64,000 bases of DNA from an uncultured Gammaproteobacteria bacterium (GCA_964428655.1 CAYRYE010000002.1:2251-66250), one strand, 5' to 3'. Counted from the first letter of the stretch, positions 19,733 to 30,028 are shown. Numbers and translations are program-made. Notes: generated from the sequence alone by a model not told the origin.

Positions 19733-20943
19733 CAGCTAAAAGCATATCGTCAATTCAAAACTGGAAATATATTTTCAAAACCCTAGCTAAAAATAAGGCC
19801 AGGTCTGCGCTGACAGCACTAGGGATTATTATCGGCGTCTGGGCAGTCATTGTCTTAATTGCCATTGGCAATGGACTAAAAAACCATATTAACGAACAAT
19901 TTGAGAGTCTAGGCTCTAATGTTGTATTTGTTATGCCAATGAATCAATCACATATACAAGGAGGGGGAAGTTTTGGTCCCCCAGCCATGATTACCTTTGA
20001 AGAAAAAGATCTTAAAGAACTAAAAAGGATTAAACTCGCTAAAGATGTTGTCCCAACGGCCAACAAGTCCACCATTGTCAGCTATAAAAAAGATGAGACC
20101 TTTACCGAAATCCTTGGCACTACAAAAGAAATGGAAAATTCCAGCGGTCTAACTGCGGAATTTGGGAGATTTTTTACCTCTGCAGAAGAAGAGAGGGGGA
20201 GGCGAATCGTTGTCATTGGTTGGAAAGTTAAAGACGAACTCTTTGGCAATCAGGATCCGGTAGGAAAAAAAATAAAAATCGAGGATAAAATATTTACCGT
20301 CATCGGTAGTATTATCAAAAAGGGAGGCGGCGGCGCGCTGGGCGCCGATTACGACAACAAAGTTTATATTCCCTATAAAGCAATGTGGCGGCTAACAAAT
20401 GAGAAAAAATTTAATTTCATTCTTGTCAGCGCAAAAAGCCAAGAAGACATAGATTCATTAAAAAAAGAGATCCAGACTGTGCTTGAAAAAAACTATGATA
20501 AGGATGATTTTTCCGTTGTTGATCAATCGGAATTGCTCAGTACCATTGACAACATTCTTAATATCTTTACCGCCGCATTGTCGGGTATAGCGGCAATATC
20601 TTTAATAGTCGGCGGGGTTGGCATTATGAATGTAATGCTGGTTTCAGTAAAAGAACGCACAAGGGAAATTGGTTTGAGAAAAGCTGTTGGCGCCAATAAT
20701 GCTAACATTTTAACCCAATTTTTATCTGAATCGGTAATATTAAGTGTTATCGGCGGAACAGTTGGATTTCTTCTGGCCCTCCTAACCGCCAAAATTATCA
20801 GCCGCTTTTTCCCATCAAGTGTTACTCCGTGGTCAATAGTCTTGGCTTTGTTGGTTTCAAGCGCAGTAGGCATTATTTTCGGCATTGCTCCTGCCAGAAA
20901 AGCTAGCAAACTCTCGCCGGTTGAAGCGCTGAGATACGAATAA
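19729..20943 (+). CDS. MacB-type ABC permease
   Basis: LTALGIIIG, GGVGIMNVMLVSVKERTREIGLRKAVGA, PVEALRYE. Confidence 0.95.
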   Translation: MTAKSISSIQNWKYIFKTLAKNKARSALTALGIIIGVWAVIVLIAIGNGLKNHINEQFESLGSNVVFVMPMNQSHIQGGGSFGPPAMITFEEKDLKELKRIKLAKDVVPTANKSTIVSYKKDETFTEILGTTKEMENSSGLTAEFGRFFTSAEEERGRRIVVIGWKVKDELFGNQDPVGKKIKIEDKIFTVIGSIIKKGGGGALGADYDNKVYIPYKAMWRLTNEKKFNFILVSAKSQEDIDSLKKEIQTVLEKNYDKDDFSVVDQSELLSTIDNILNIFTAALSGIAAISLIVGGVGIMNVMLVSVKERTREIGLRKAVGANNANILTQFLSESVILSVIGGTVGFLLALLTAKIISRFFPSSVTPWSIVLALLVSSAVGIIFGIAPARKASKLSPVEALRYE

Positions 20944-21031
20944 AAGCACGTCTTGTATTTCTTGTTATTTTTTGTTTATATTGTATCTATTACTTTATTT
21001 TTCCAAAAGGATTGAGAGGGGGTGAAACTGA

Positions 21032-21286
21032 ATGGATCAACCAATTAACAATGATGATGACCAGCAACCAGTTCAGCCAGCTGCGCCAACAGCAGGAATA
21101 ACAGAACCAACAACCCCAGCAATGAGCGGAGCAAAACCAACGGCTCCGGAAACAACCCCATTAGAAGAGCCAGCTCAATCGACAGTTGAACAACCAGAGT
21201 CAACCTTTGCTGGCTCTACCGCTGAACCAAAGAAAATGGTAACTTGCCCTCACTGCGGTCAGCAACATGAAGTCAGCGCAGAATAG
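21032..21286 (+). CDS. small low-complexity protein with C-terminal CxxC
   Basis: GGGGGTG RBS-like; Pro/Thr/Glu-rich body; VTCPHCGQ. Confidence 0.7.
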   Translation: MDQPINNDDDQQPVQPAAPTAGITEPTTPAMSGAKPTAPETTPLEEPAQSTVEQPESTFAGSTAEPKKMVTCPHCGQQHEVSAE

Positions 21287-21474
21287 TTCTTATGCTTGAA
21301 CAACCAAAATTCGATGGCGCGCCTTTGGTACACCTGGAAAATGTATTGCTTTTGATATCCAAGTGAAGTTTATGTGAAAAGAAATAAATTATGATTCGGG
21401 CATTCCACTTTAAAACAATTTCTTGCTAAATTAAGCTTAAATACTATATACTACATATCAAATCCCAAGAAGAA

Positions 21475-21560
21475 CCAGGGGTGGCGGAGTGGTCAAACGC
21501 ACGAGTCTGTAAAACTCGCGGGTTATCCCTACGTAGGTTCGAATCCTACCCCCTGGACCA
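21475..21560 (+). tRNA. tRNA-Tyr(GTA) with C1:G72 pair and long variable arm
   Basis: Acceptor CCAGGGG/CCCCTGG, A73, CCA encoded; anticodon arm CGAGT-CTGTAAA-ACTCG; 14-nt variable arm; T arm GTAGG-TTCGAAT-CCTAC. Confidence 0.95.
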
Positions 21561-21585
21561 GTTGAGACTTTTTAAAGTAACCCCT

Positions 21586-22503
21586 CTATTGGATTGTACC
21601 GCCTTTTAGAATTCTAAACTTCTTTTCGGTTTCCCATATTTCCCTTAAATCGGCGTGATTTCTATCTGACTCCTGCATTAATCTCGCAAGGTTATCTAAT
21701 TCTTCTAATTGTTGCTTGGTCAATTGATCGAATTGGCCATACCCGTATTTAGGATAGTGCTGATAAATTATTTCATTACCCATAAGAGAATGAAAATCGT
21801 AAAAAAAGGCTTCGGAAATTGCCGGTAATCCACCCCACCCTGCCTGATTCCAAAATCGGCTTGCATCGATTTCTCCTTGACGAGCTGCCAGCCAAACATT
21901 AGCCGGAAAGTCAAAAGCCTCTTTTGGAATATCGTAGGGATCAAATTTTAAGTAAGGTTCGAGGCTGGCATCAACATCGATTAAAACCCACTTTTTTCCA
22001 ACTTTGTCCCAATATTCATTTACCCAATGATCAACACTTTTATCTTGACCATAAATTTCAAAATAAGGGGCAAATCCGGAGCGAACCCGAGCAGGAATTC
22101 CTTTTGATTTTAAGATTGAGGCCATTAGAATTGAAGTAAACCGGCAGGTAACTACCAGCCGGTCTTTTTCTGATCGGCCAGCAACAAGACCTCTGTTGTC
22201 TCGTCTATATAGTTCGGCCAACATCGCCGCAACCGTAGGGAAATTATCATCTTCTCGCTGTCGATACCAAGGAAGCTTGCTCATATCGCCATATCTTAGA
22301 TCCGAATTAGAACTTGTGTTTCCCATTTGGACAATGGCAACAGGTATTAGTTGGGCCCTGACCAGTCGCCCTATTTCTCTAACATCATCTGGTAGCCTTT
22401 TCAAATCTTCCTGAAATGGCCCAGGATGAGTGAAAGCGCTAAACTCGCGATGGTGGCTTAAGACCTCTTCACTTATTGGTTTTTCTTTACTTCTTTCATT
22501 CAT
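21586..22503 (-). CDS. transglutaminase-like domain protein
   Basis: Cys-His-Asp pattern: VTCRF...RVRSGFAPYF...DHWVNEYW...WVLID. Confidence 0.85.
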   Translation of the reverse strand: MNERSKEKPISEEVLSHHREFSAFTHPGPFQEDLKRLPDDVREIGRLVRAQLIPVAIVQMGNTSSNSDLRYGDMSKLPWYRQREDDNFPTVAAMLAELYRRDNRGLVAGRSEKDRLVVTCRFTSILMASILKSKGIPARVRSGFAPYFEIYGQDKSVDHWVNEYWDKVGKKWVLIDVDASLEPYLKFDPYDIPKEAFDFPANVWLAARQGEIDASRFWNQAGWGGLPAISEAFFYDFHSLMGNEIIYQHYPKYGYGQFDQLTKQQLEELDNLARLMQESDRNHADLREIWETEKKFRILKGGTIQ

Positions 22504-22524
22504 ACTGTCTATATTGTACTAAAT

Positions 22525-23175
22525 AAAAAAAATTCGCGCTGGGCACTGGAGAAAGGAGTGTGGGCAACAACAAATGACTGGGTTTTATTCATGGATTCAG
22601 ATTGCTTATTTGAAAATGGGGCCATCGCTAATTTTTATCAATCTATGATTAAGGGAAGTCCAGAAAAAGAAGTCTTTAAAGGAAAAGTTATTTTTGATGA
22701 CTCAGGGAATTTAATTAGCAAAATAATTGCCAAGTCACGTCAACACAATACTGCTGAAATGCTTACTGCTTACAAGCCTCCCCTTGCTTTATCTAAAAAA
22801 ATCGTGGATAAAACCGGAGGCTACTTCTTTAATAAAAAGCTTATATGGAGAGAGGATGCCGATTTAGATAACAGGCTAAGGATTGCCGGCATCAAAATCC
22901 GTCCTGTTCCTGGCGGTGTAATACACCATGGAGCATTGGATCTAAAAACAGATTTAAGAAGTACTTTTAGGTATGGAATTGGAGGAGCAATCGCTAAATC
23001 GCTAAACATCAGGCTCACCGACGTACCAAGATCTTTTTGGAGCACTTTCAAAAGTCAAGGATATTTGCCGGCGCTGTATATGCTTTTTATAAATAGATTT
23101 TATACCGCAGGATACTATTATCAAATGGCAAAAGATTTGTTTTGTAAAAAACAGCTAGTGTGGTCTAATAGATAA
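22525..23175 (+). pseudogene. GT2 glycosyltransferase, probably 5'-truncated
   Basis: WVLFMDSD (DxD), REDADLD.RL; the frame upstream of the GTG reads KKNSRWALEKG, but the first roughly 70 aa of a GT2 are missing and the frame runs into the divergent gene. Confidence 0.65.
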
Positions 23176-23189
23176 ATTTTGCGCGAGTA

Positions 23190-24152
23190 ATGTCATCAAA
23201 ACACAAAACAATTCTCACTGATCAAATAAGAAAAATGGCTCAGGAGACTATTGAAATGTCTAAAGACTTACTTACGATTGACGTTAACCTAATAGAGAAA
23301 GTTCTTGTTGATGAACTACTGACTTTTCAAAAAAAAGCAGGAGATAATTCGGACGCATTTGCTAAAAATGACCTAAATCTAAAAACAGAGTTGGGACTTC
23401 AAGTTTTTTTTAACATCGTTAACTTTTGTTTCAAGGACCCACTTACTGGTAAAGAATATCGGTACATTTCACAAAATGGCAACATTATTAAAAGATCCAC
23501 GGGCCTATTTTCCGCTTTGGCAGAATCAGATATTGATTGGAATAATTTGGATGAAGTCTCAAATATCTCTCAGGAGAATTGGAAAAAGCTGGCTCAGTTA
23601 AATAAGGGAAACAATCTTTATTTAAGTGAAGAAAGAGGTGAAAGATTAAGGAATTTTGCCCGCTATTTAATAAGCAAAGGTTACAGAACAATACAGATGT
23701 TTTTAGAGTCTACTGCCTATGACACTGTTTTAATCCTCCAGAACTTGATAGATAGTGGGTATTTTAAAGACGAGTTTTTAAAAAGAGCCCAGGTCACAGT
23801 TCGCAGAATAGATAACATTTTGAAACGCAGAGGTGAAGGTAAAATAGAAAGCGTTGAGACCCTCACTTGTATGGCGGATTACAGGATCCCGCAGGTTTTT
23901 TATAATCTTGGAGTGGTTAAGTTGAATTCTGATTTAAGTCGTAAACTTGAAGCTGAAAAACAAATAGGGTCAAATAGTAGGGAAGAGCTGGCTCTTAGAG
24001 CCGCAGTGGTAACCATTGGCAAACGACTCGCTGAAACTTTAAACATATTTGAATTCGAGGTTGATGGATTGTTGTGGAACATGTCTCAAAAAATGATGAA
24101 AGAAGGGAAATTAACAACTCCGCACATGATTGTAGCTACGGACAAGTATTAA
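23190..24152 (+). CDS. queuosine salvage family protein (DUF2419/Qng1-like nucleotide N-glycosylase)
   Basis: VNFCF, FLKRAQ, LTCMADYRIPQV, EELALRA, VDGLLW, PH....TDKY match QNG1-family motifs. Confidence 0.85.
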   Translation: MSSKHKTILTDQIRKMAQETIEMSKDLLTIDVNLIEKVLVDELLTFQKKAGDNSDAFAKNDLNLKTELGLQVFFNIVNFCFKDPLTGKEYRYISQNGNIIKRSTGLFSALAESDIDWNNLDEVSNISQENWKKLAQLNKGNNLYLSEERGERLRNFARYLISKGYRTIQMFLESTAYDTVLILQNLIDSGYFKDEFLKRAQVTVRRIDNILKRRGEGKIESVETLTCMADYRIPQVFYNLGVVKLNSDLSRKLEAEKQIGSNSREELALRAAVVTIGKRLAETLNIFEFEVDGLLWNMSQKMMKEGKLTTPHMIVATDKY

Positions 24153-24219
24153 AGTATTTAACTGCGGAAGGCTTCGGCTGAAGCCGAGCCGGAGCAAGAA
24201 GCGAACCCCGCGAAACGGT

Positions 24220-24320
24220 GTGAGCACAACATCAGCCATTGATGCCAAGGCTGAATATGAAATTTTCCAACAAATTCACAAGTTTGAAAAAAACAAAAAC
24301 GTAATCATGATTTCTCACGG
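24220..24320 (+). pseudogene. ABC ATPase C-terminal fragment
   Basis: TSAIDAKAEYEIF...KNVIMISH corresponds to D-loop through H-switch only. Confidence 0.6.
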
Positions 24321-24557
24321 CCTCACTGACTTATTAAGTTTGACCGTACGGACAAATAAAGTTGCAATACCAGATTTGTTTATGAAAAAAAATGTAAGAG
24401 GTGGAAGAGTGTCTGGCCCAAATTAAACATCGTTTCATGGGAATACGAAAACGATTAAATTTCCTTTCCTGAAAATCAGGCGCGCATAAAAATAATTAGT
24501 CCCGAGTCACATAAGATACAGAGTAAACTTCGGGGCAGGGTTAGAATAAGTTTTCGT

Positions 24558-26246
24558 TCAAATATTAATTTTTGCCCTCTCCTTCTCGATAATTTCAGGG
24601 TCAATTTTTTTAAATAATGGCTTGGGAGAAACAATTTTAACTTCAGGCAAAAAGTTTGTTAAATACTTAATTATTTTCTCGGCGGGCCAAGTTTTAATTT
24701 TAATATTAAGCATTTTGGCTAACTTATAATTTGTTTCCGGCATTAAAGGCTCGGAAACTAAGTTAATAGCGAGAATAATTAACAAAGCATTTGTCATTAC
24801 TTTTTTAAACTCTTTTGAATTCTTTTCCAAGCTCCAGGGAGATTTTTGATTTAAATATTTATTGCCAAATGAGGCAATATCAATAAGTGTCTGAGAAAAA
24901 GATTTAAATTCACAATTCAAAGCATGGTCCCTTGCCTTTTGAATCAACTTTTCTATTTTAGCGCTCACGCTTTTTTCTATGTCCTTATTTGAAAAACCGC
25001 CCAATTCGCTTGATAGTTTCAGGACCCTGTTTATAAAGTTGCCAAGATCGGCTATTAAAACATTATTGTTTATCTCGACAAAATGCGCCCAGGAAAAAGA
25101 AGCATCTGAAGTCTCGGGAAAGATCAAGCTAATATAAAACCTAACCGGATCAACACCATATTTTTTCCCAATATAATTCGAGTCAACAATAACATTGCGG
25201 CTTTTAGAAAACTTGCATCCCTCTAAGTTAAGAAAATGATTAATTACCGGAAAATCAGGCAAATGGATATTCTTGTAAGCTCCGTAAAGCTGGGCTGGCC
25301 AAAAAAGAGTATGGAAAGCCAAATTATCCTTGCCCATAAAATAATAATGAGTGGCTGATTGTTTCGAATACCAAAAATCTCTCCATTTATCAGTGCCTTT
25401 GGCCCACTCGATTGAGGCAGAAAGATAGCCAATTACCGCCTCAAACCAAACATAAATCCTCTTATTTTCCGCTCCTTCTATCCGTAAATTCTTTGACAGC
25501 TTTTCAACAGGGATTTTTATCCCCCAATCCAAATCTCTGGTAACGCACCTTGCCCTAAGGCCTTTTTTAAGCCACCCCAATGTTTCTTTTAAAACCCAAT
25601 TCCGCCAATGAGGTCCTTTATCGCTAACATATCTTTTAAGAAAAGATTCTAATTTTGGAAGGTCAAAGTAATAATGTTCTGTTTCTTTCAGTATCAATCG
25701 TTGATCAGTAAGTTTACTTTTCGGGTCAATTAACTCACCCTGCTCCAACACTTTGCCGCAACCGTCGCACTGGTCGCCCCGCGCCTCGCCAGATTTGCAA
25801 AAAGGGCAAACTCCTTCCACATATCTGTCGGGAAGAAACCGATTTTCATCCGGAGAAAAATATTGGCGGGATCTCTTTTTAAAAAGATAGCCGTTTTTAG
25901 CCAACCTGGCAAATACCTCATGGACTACTTTTTGGTGGTTTTTGGTAGTGGTTTTGGTGTAAATATCAAAAGAAAGTTTATAAAGTTCGAAAAGAGCCTT
26001 ATGTTTAGGATGATATAAATCAACAACTTTTTTCGGGGAAATACTTTTCTCCTCAGCCTCAACCGTAATCGGCGTGCCATAGCAATCAGATCCGGAAACC
26101 ATCAAAACATTGTTGCCAATATACCTATGAAAACGAGCGCAAATATCAGCCGGAATTAAATATCCCGCTAAATGACCCACATGAAGTTCGCCATTTACAT
26201 AAGGCCAGGCTACTCCAATAAAAATATTTTTTTTATTCATCATCAC
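24558..26246 (-). CDS. metG: methionyl-tRNA synthetase (no C-terminal tRNA-binding domain)
   Basis: AWPYVNGELHVGH, Zn knuckles CPFC/CDGC, YVWFEA, GKDN, KFSKS. Confidence 0.95.
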   Translation of the reverse strand: MMMNKKNIFIGVAWPYVNGELHVGHLAGYLIPADICARFHRYIGNNVLMVSGSDCYGTPITVEAEEKSISPKKVVDLYHPKHKALFELYKLSFDIYTKTTTKNHQKVVHEVFARLAKNGYLFKKRSRQYFSPDENRFLPDRYVEGVCPFCKSGEARGDQCDGCGKVLEQGELIDPKSKLTDQRLILKETEHYYFDLPKLESFLKRYVSDKGPHWRNWVLKETLGWLKKGLRARCVTRDLDWGIKIPVEKLSKNLRIEGAENKRIYVWFEAVIGYLSASIEWAKGTDKWRDFWYSKQSATHYYFMGKDNLAFHTLFWPAQLYGAYKNIHLPDFPVINHFLNLEGCKFSKSRNVIVDSNYIGKKYGVDPVRFYISLIFPETSDASFSWAHFVEINNNVLIADLGNFINRVLKLSSELGGFSNKDIEKSVSAKIEKLIQKARDHALNCEFKSFSQTLIDIASFGNKYLNQKSPWSLEKNSKEFKKVMTNALLIILAINLVSEPLMPETNYKLAKMLNIKIKTWPAEKIIKYLTNFLPEVKIVSPKPLFKKIDPEIIEKERAKINI

Positions 26247-26326
26247 TAAAATTATACCAGAACAAAATCACCAACTCTGCCCATACGAGGTGGTTTTTCT
26301 TTTCAAAAAAGATTACTATCCTCACA

Positions 26327-28504
26327 GTGACAATAAAAATTTTGCCCTCAAGAAAAAAAATACTTCAGAAAGCCTCTCTAATTTTGCTTTTCACCACCTT
26401 TGTCTCTTTATTACTTTCCTTTATCTTCATCATAAAATACAAAAAATTAAGTCAGTACATGCCTTACACCTCAATACCTTTTTCCCAATCCAAGCCCAAT
26501 GTTACTACCTGTCAGCAAAGAATTGATCCCTCTGGCTGGAAAATCGAAGATGGACAATTAATTACTTTTCCCCACTGTCTCACAGTAGTCAATTCCAGAT
26601 TTGGATCCCGGTTCAGCTTTAATTGGTACTTTTCCCAACAAGAAGTTACCTCTAGCGTCCTAGGCACTTTAGAAGACAGAAATACTCATTTAGTCATAAG
26701 AATCAAACGGGGTAATCAAGAAGAGCAGATTTTTCCTCTCCTACCCAACGGAAATTTTACGACCCAGTCTGTTAACCTAGGTTTGACCAGCCAGAAAACT
26801 GTCTTTAAAAATAATCATCTTGATTTTCTCTTAGATATTATTTCTCCTTTTTCACCAAGTGATTCAGCTGAAAGTAGAACTAACCAAATAAATAGCGCTC
26901 CATTTTTTTATCTTGATCTTTCCCTAGTCAACAGGAGCGATTCCGAGGAAGAAGTAGTAATTGACTTTCTTTTAACTAATTATCAGGAAGTTAAGCAGCG
27001 AAAACATTATGAGACCATTTACCTAAACGATCAAGTGAGAAGTGACGGAATAAGAGCTTTAAGCTGGGCTAAAGATCCAGGAGTGAAGGCAATTACTGGT
27101 AACAAATTGACTGGTGCCAGTTGGAAAGTAAAATTAGCTCCACTAAGTTCCCAAACAAAAACTTTAGTCTACGCTGGATTCTTAGATAAAGAAATACTGA
27201 TTGACGCTAGCTCAGAGAAAGAAAGAAAATTAATATTTGCCTACAATCGTTGGTTTGATGATATTGATGAGGTAATTGACTTTGCTTTTTTAAATGAAAA
27301 AGAAATCAGGAAAAAAAGTGAAGATTTTGAAAAAATGGTTTTAACTTCGTCTCTTTCTCCTCAACAAAAATGGCTTTTGGCCCAAACTTTTCATTCTTAT
27401 TTAAGCAACACTTGGTTAGTCTATGAGCCAAAGAAAAAGAATGAATTAGAATATTACGTTTGGGAAGGGGAGTTTAAGTATCTTAATACTGTTGATGTTG
27501 CTTACGATTATGCCCTTTTTGAAGGGAAATATTTTCCCTGGGTAATTAAACTAGAGCTTGAATCCTGGAAAAAACACGCCAAAAAGGATGAGAAGGGGAT
27601 AGTAATCCCTCATGACTTGGGTAGGCGCTTTCGGATTGCTGGCTCCCAAGCTTATACTTTCACTAAAAAGGGGGATGAGGAAAGAAATAAAACTTCCATC
27701 ATGCCTGTTGAAGAAAATGCTAATTTCATTCTTTTAACTTACTGGTATTGGAAAAAAAGCAACGATAATCAGTTTCTCGATAATTTGCTGCCTCTAATAA
27801 ATAATCTTGTTGATTCTTTAATTGCCCGAGATAGCAACAACAATGGAATCGCCGACAAAGATATCGGCATTACCACCTATGATAATGATGGCAATTTGGC
27901 TTTAAAAGAAGGTCCTGACAACAGCTATCTAGCCTTAAAACAATTGGCCGCTTACTTAACAGTCGAGGAAATGTCTCAATTTCTCAATAATCACGATCTC
28001 AAGGAGAAAAGTGGCAAGCAAGCTCAATTAATAACTCAAAGTCTTAAAGAAGCGTACCAAAACCATGGTTTAATTCCTTTGTCTTTGGACCCTCAGTTTG
28101 TGAAAGAAGAAAGTCATACTATTATTACCGGCCTTCTTTATCCGGCCATTACCAATCTTAAATCAAAATACCTAGAAGAACTAATTCCTATTTTAAAGGA
28201 AAATTATCGCAGGACTTATGAAAAAAGTTTAGTAAAAGATTCAAAAGGAAAAATAATTGGTCTCAAACTGGCTGAAAATCAATCCTTAGACTTAGGCTGG
28301 TTCTCCCATAGTGTTGTTGCTGATATTGTTGCCCAAAAGCTCTTTAATCAAAATTATCAATCAGAGATAGTTTTCTTCCCCTATCTTTATGATAATCCTT
28401 ATAGTTTTGCTGACGGTCAATATTTTAAAAAACCTTTTGACTCAATCAAAACTTCTCTTATTTTTTACCCTCGAGGGGTTGTTATTTTCGGAAAGGAATG
28501 GTGA
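26327..28504 (+). CDS. membrane-anchored GH52/DUF4965-like glycoside hydrolase
   Basis: N-terminal TM; WEGEFKYLNTVD, HDLG, MPVEE, ITTYD resemble GH52 EGEY..MNT.D, HDMG, ITTYD. Confidence 0.6.
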   Translation: MTIKILPSRKKILQKASLILLFTTFVSLLLSFIFIIKYKKLSQYMPYTSIPFSQSKPNVTTCQQRIDPSGWKIEDGQLITFPHCLTVVNSRFGSRFSFNWYFSQQEVTSSVLGTLEDRNTHLVIRIKRGNQEEQIFPLLPNGNFTTQSVNLGLTSQKTVFKNNHLDFLLDIISPFSPSDSAESRTNQINSAPFFYLDLSLVNRSDSEEEVVIDFLLTNYQEVKQRKHYETIYLNDQVRSDGIRALSWAKDPGVKAITGNKLTGASWKVKLAPLSSQTKTLVYAGFLDKEILIDASSEKERKLIFAYNRWFDDIDEVIDFAFLNEKEIRKKSEDFEKMVLTSSLSPQQKWLLAQTFHSYLSNTWLVYEPKKKNELEYYVWEGEFKYLNTVDVAYDYALFEGKYFPWVIKLELESWKKHAKKDEKGIVIPHDLGRRFRIAGSQAYTFTKKGDEERNKTSIMPVEENANFILLTYWYWKKSNDNQFLDNLLPLINNLVDSLIARDSNNNGIADKDIGITTYDNDGNLALKEGPDNSYLALKQLAAYLTVEEMSQFLNNHDLKEKSGKQAQLITQSLKEAYQNHGLIPLSLDPQFVKEESHTIITGLLYPAITNLKSKYLEELIPILKENYRRTYEKSLVKDSKGKIIGLKLAENQSLDLGWFSHSVVADIVAQKLFNQNYQSEIVFFPYLYDNPYSFADGQYFKKPFDSIKTSLIFYPRGVVIFGKEW

Positions 28505-28580
28505 GCCAGCAGTTAAGCCACTTGACAATTGGCTTGACAAAAAACTTTACAATTATTCCCTTTTAGTTTACAATTAATTT

Positions 28581-29603
28581 ATGTTCAAACCAAAGTACAA
28601 ATTAACCCCCGAACTGCTTAAAATAATTTTGGAGACAGAGCGTTTTTATGGTCAACTGATGGCTCTCAGAATCCCCAAAGAATTGGAAATCAACTTAAAA
28701 AGGGACAACCTTCTCCAATCCACTTATATTTCCAACAGCATTGAGGGCAATCCTTTAACCCTGCCAGAGGTGACTAACCTACTGTTGGACAACCGCGTTC
28801 CGGTTAATCGAGATGAAAAAGAAATAGTAAATTATTTTTCTGCTCTTGAGAATCTAGAAAATCATCTTGACAAGTCTCCATCAATTTCTTTAATGAAAGC
28901 AATCCACAAACAGGTGTTAGAGGGAGTCAACAACCAAATTGCCGGTAAGGTCAGAAGTGAAAGAGTAGCCGTCGGCAGATATGCTAAGGAAAAAAACACT
29001 TCTACTTTTAGAATCAAACATCGGCCTCCTTACCACAAAAAAGAAGAAATTGAAAACTATCTTAAAAAACTTTTTGACTGGACCAAAGCCTCGGATAATC
29101 TATCTGTGGTTTTAAAAGCAGGAATTTTCCATCACCATTTTGTTTATCTTCATCCCTTTGTTGACGGCAACGGACGAACTTGCCGTCTGCTAACCACTTT
29201 GATTTTTTTAAAAAATAACTACTTAATTAATAAATATTTTGTTTTAGACGATTATTACGACATTGACCGCTATCTTTATTTTGATAAGCTCCACTCTGCT
29301 GATAAAGGAGATAAAACAGAGTGGCTGGAATATTTTAGCGAAGGCGTTAAATATTCAATGCAGAGCGCTTTAAGTAAAGTCAAAACAGCTCTTGAAAAAC
29401 TCAGTTTTCAAAAACAACTCACTAACCAGGAGAAAAAAGTCTTAACTATTGTTAGGGAAATGGAAAGGGTCACTTCTAATTATCTTGGCCAAAAATTAAA
29501 AGTCTCCCGCCAACAGGCTCACAGCCTACTCAGTTCTTTGGTTGAAAAAGGATTTTTAGACAAAAAGGGTTCGACAAAATCAAGCTATTATTTTTTGAAA
29601 TAG
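28581..29603 (+). CDS. Fic family protein with C-terminal wHTH
   Basis: SNSIEGN, HPFVDGNGRTCR, SRQQAHSLL...KGSTKSSYY. Confidence 0.9.
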   Translation: MFKPKYKLTPELLKIILETERFYGQLMALRIPKELEINLKRDNLLQSTYISNSIEGNPLTLPEVTNLLLDNRVPVNRDEKEIVNYFSALENLENHLDKSPSISLMKAIHKQVLEGVNNQIAGKVRSERVAVGRYAKEKNTSTFRIKHRPPYHKKEEIENYLKKLFDWTKASDNLSVVLKAGIFHHHFVYLHPFVDGNGRTCRLLTTLIFLKNNYLINKYFVLDDYYDIDRYLYFDKLHSADKGDKTEWLEYFSEGVKYSMQSALSKVKTALEKLSFQKQLTNQEKKVLTIVREMERVTSNYLGQKLKVSRQQAHSLLSSLVEKGFLDKKGSTKSSYYFLK

Positions 29604-29653
29604 CTGCATGGACAGATCAATAGTGTTAATAAATCGAAAGATATTACTTTTGT

Positions 29654-30028
29654 TTATCTCTCGGGATAGCCTGCAGCATTTACCCTAAAAATACGCCTCG
29701 CCCTTTTACCTAAATACAACTCTCTTTTCCCTCTTAAGGCAGCTATTGCTCCCGCACCTCTCGCTGGAAAAAAAGCTAATTGCTCGACCTCACGACCAGC
29801 TCTTCTAGCAAGCATAGAAGAAAGGCTTTCTCCTTTGTGAGCATCGGGTAAGGAAAATGGCGGTTCATCTGCCAGTTTTCCATAAACTATTCTTTCCACA
29901 AGTACTTTCTTATCCTCTCTAGAATGCCCTCCGCCCAACAATCTTTGGGTAGCACGATGTCCTGTTCTTGCTTGCTGCAAAATCTCTAATCCTAATTGCT
30001 GACGACAACTTAAGTTTTCATTAACCAT
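29654..30028 (-). CDS. hypothetical protein
   Basis: 124-aa ATG ORF, no recognised motif. Confidence 0.45.
   Translation of the reverse strand: MVNENLSCRQQLGLEILQQARTGHRATQRLLGGGHSREDKKVLVERIVYGKLADEPPFSLPDAHKGESLSSMLARRAGREVEQLAFFPARGAGAIAALRGKRELYLGKRARRIFRVNAAGYPER

Noticed and set aside
21287-21474. Analogous Tyr-codon attenuator upstream of tRNA-Tyr (also looked before tyrS, metG, cysS, tRNA-Leu, tRNA-Ala)
   Set aside because: No cognate codon runs combined with terminator/antiterminator pairs, and no T-box motif seen
21561-24557. Intact integrative element at tRNA-Tyr
   Set aside because: No integrase and no duplicated tRNA 3' end (att) seen
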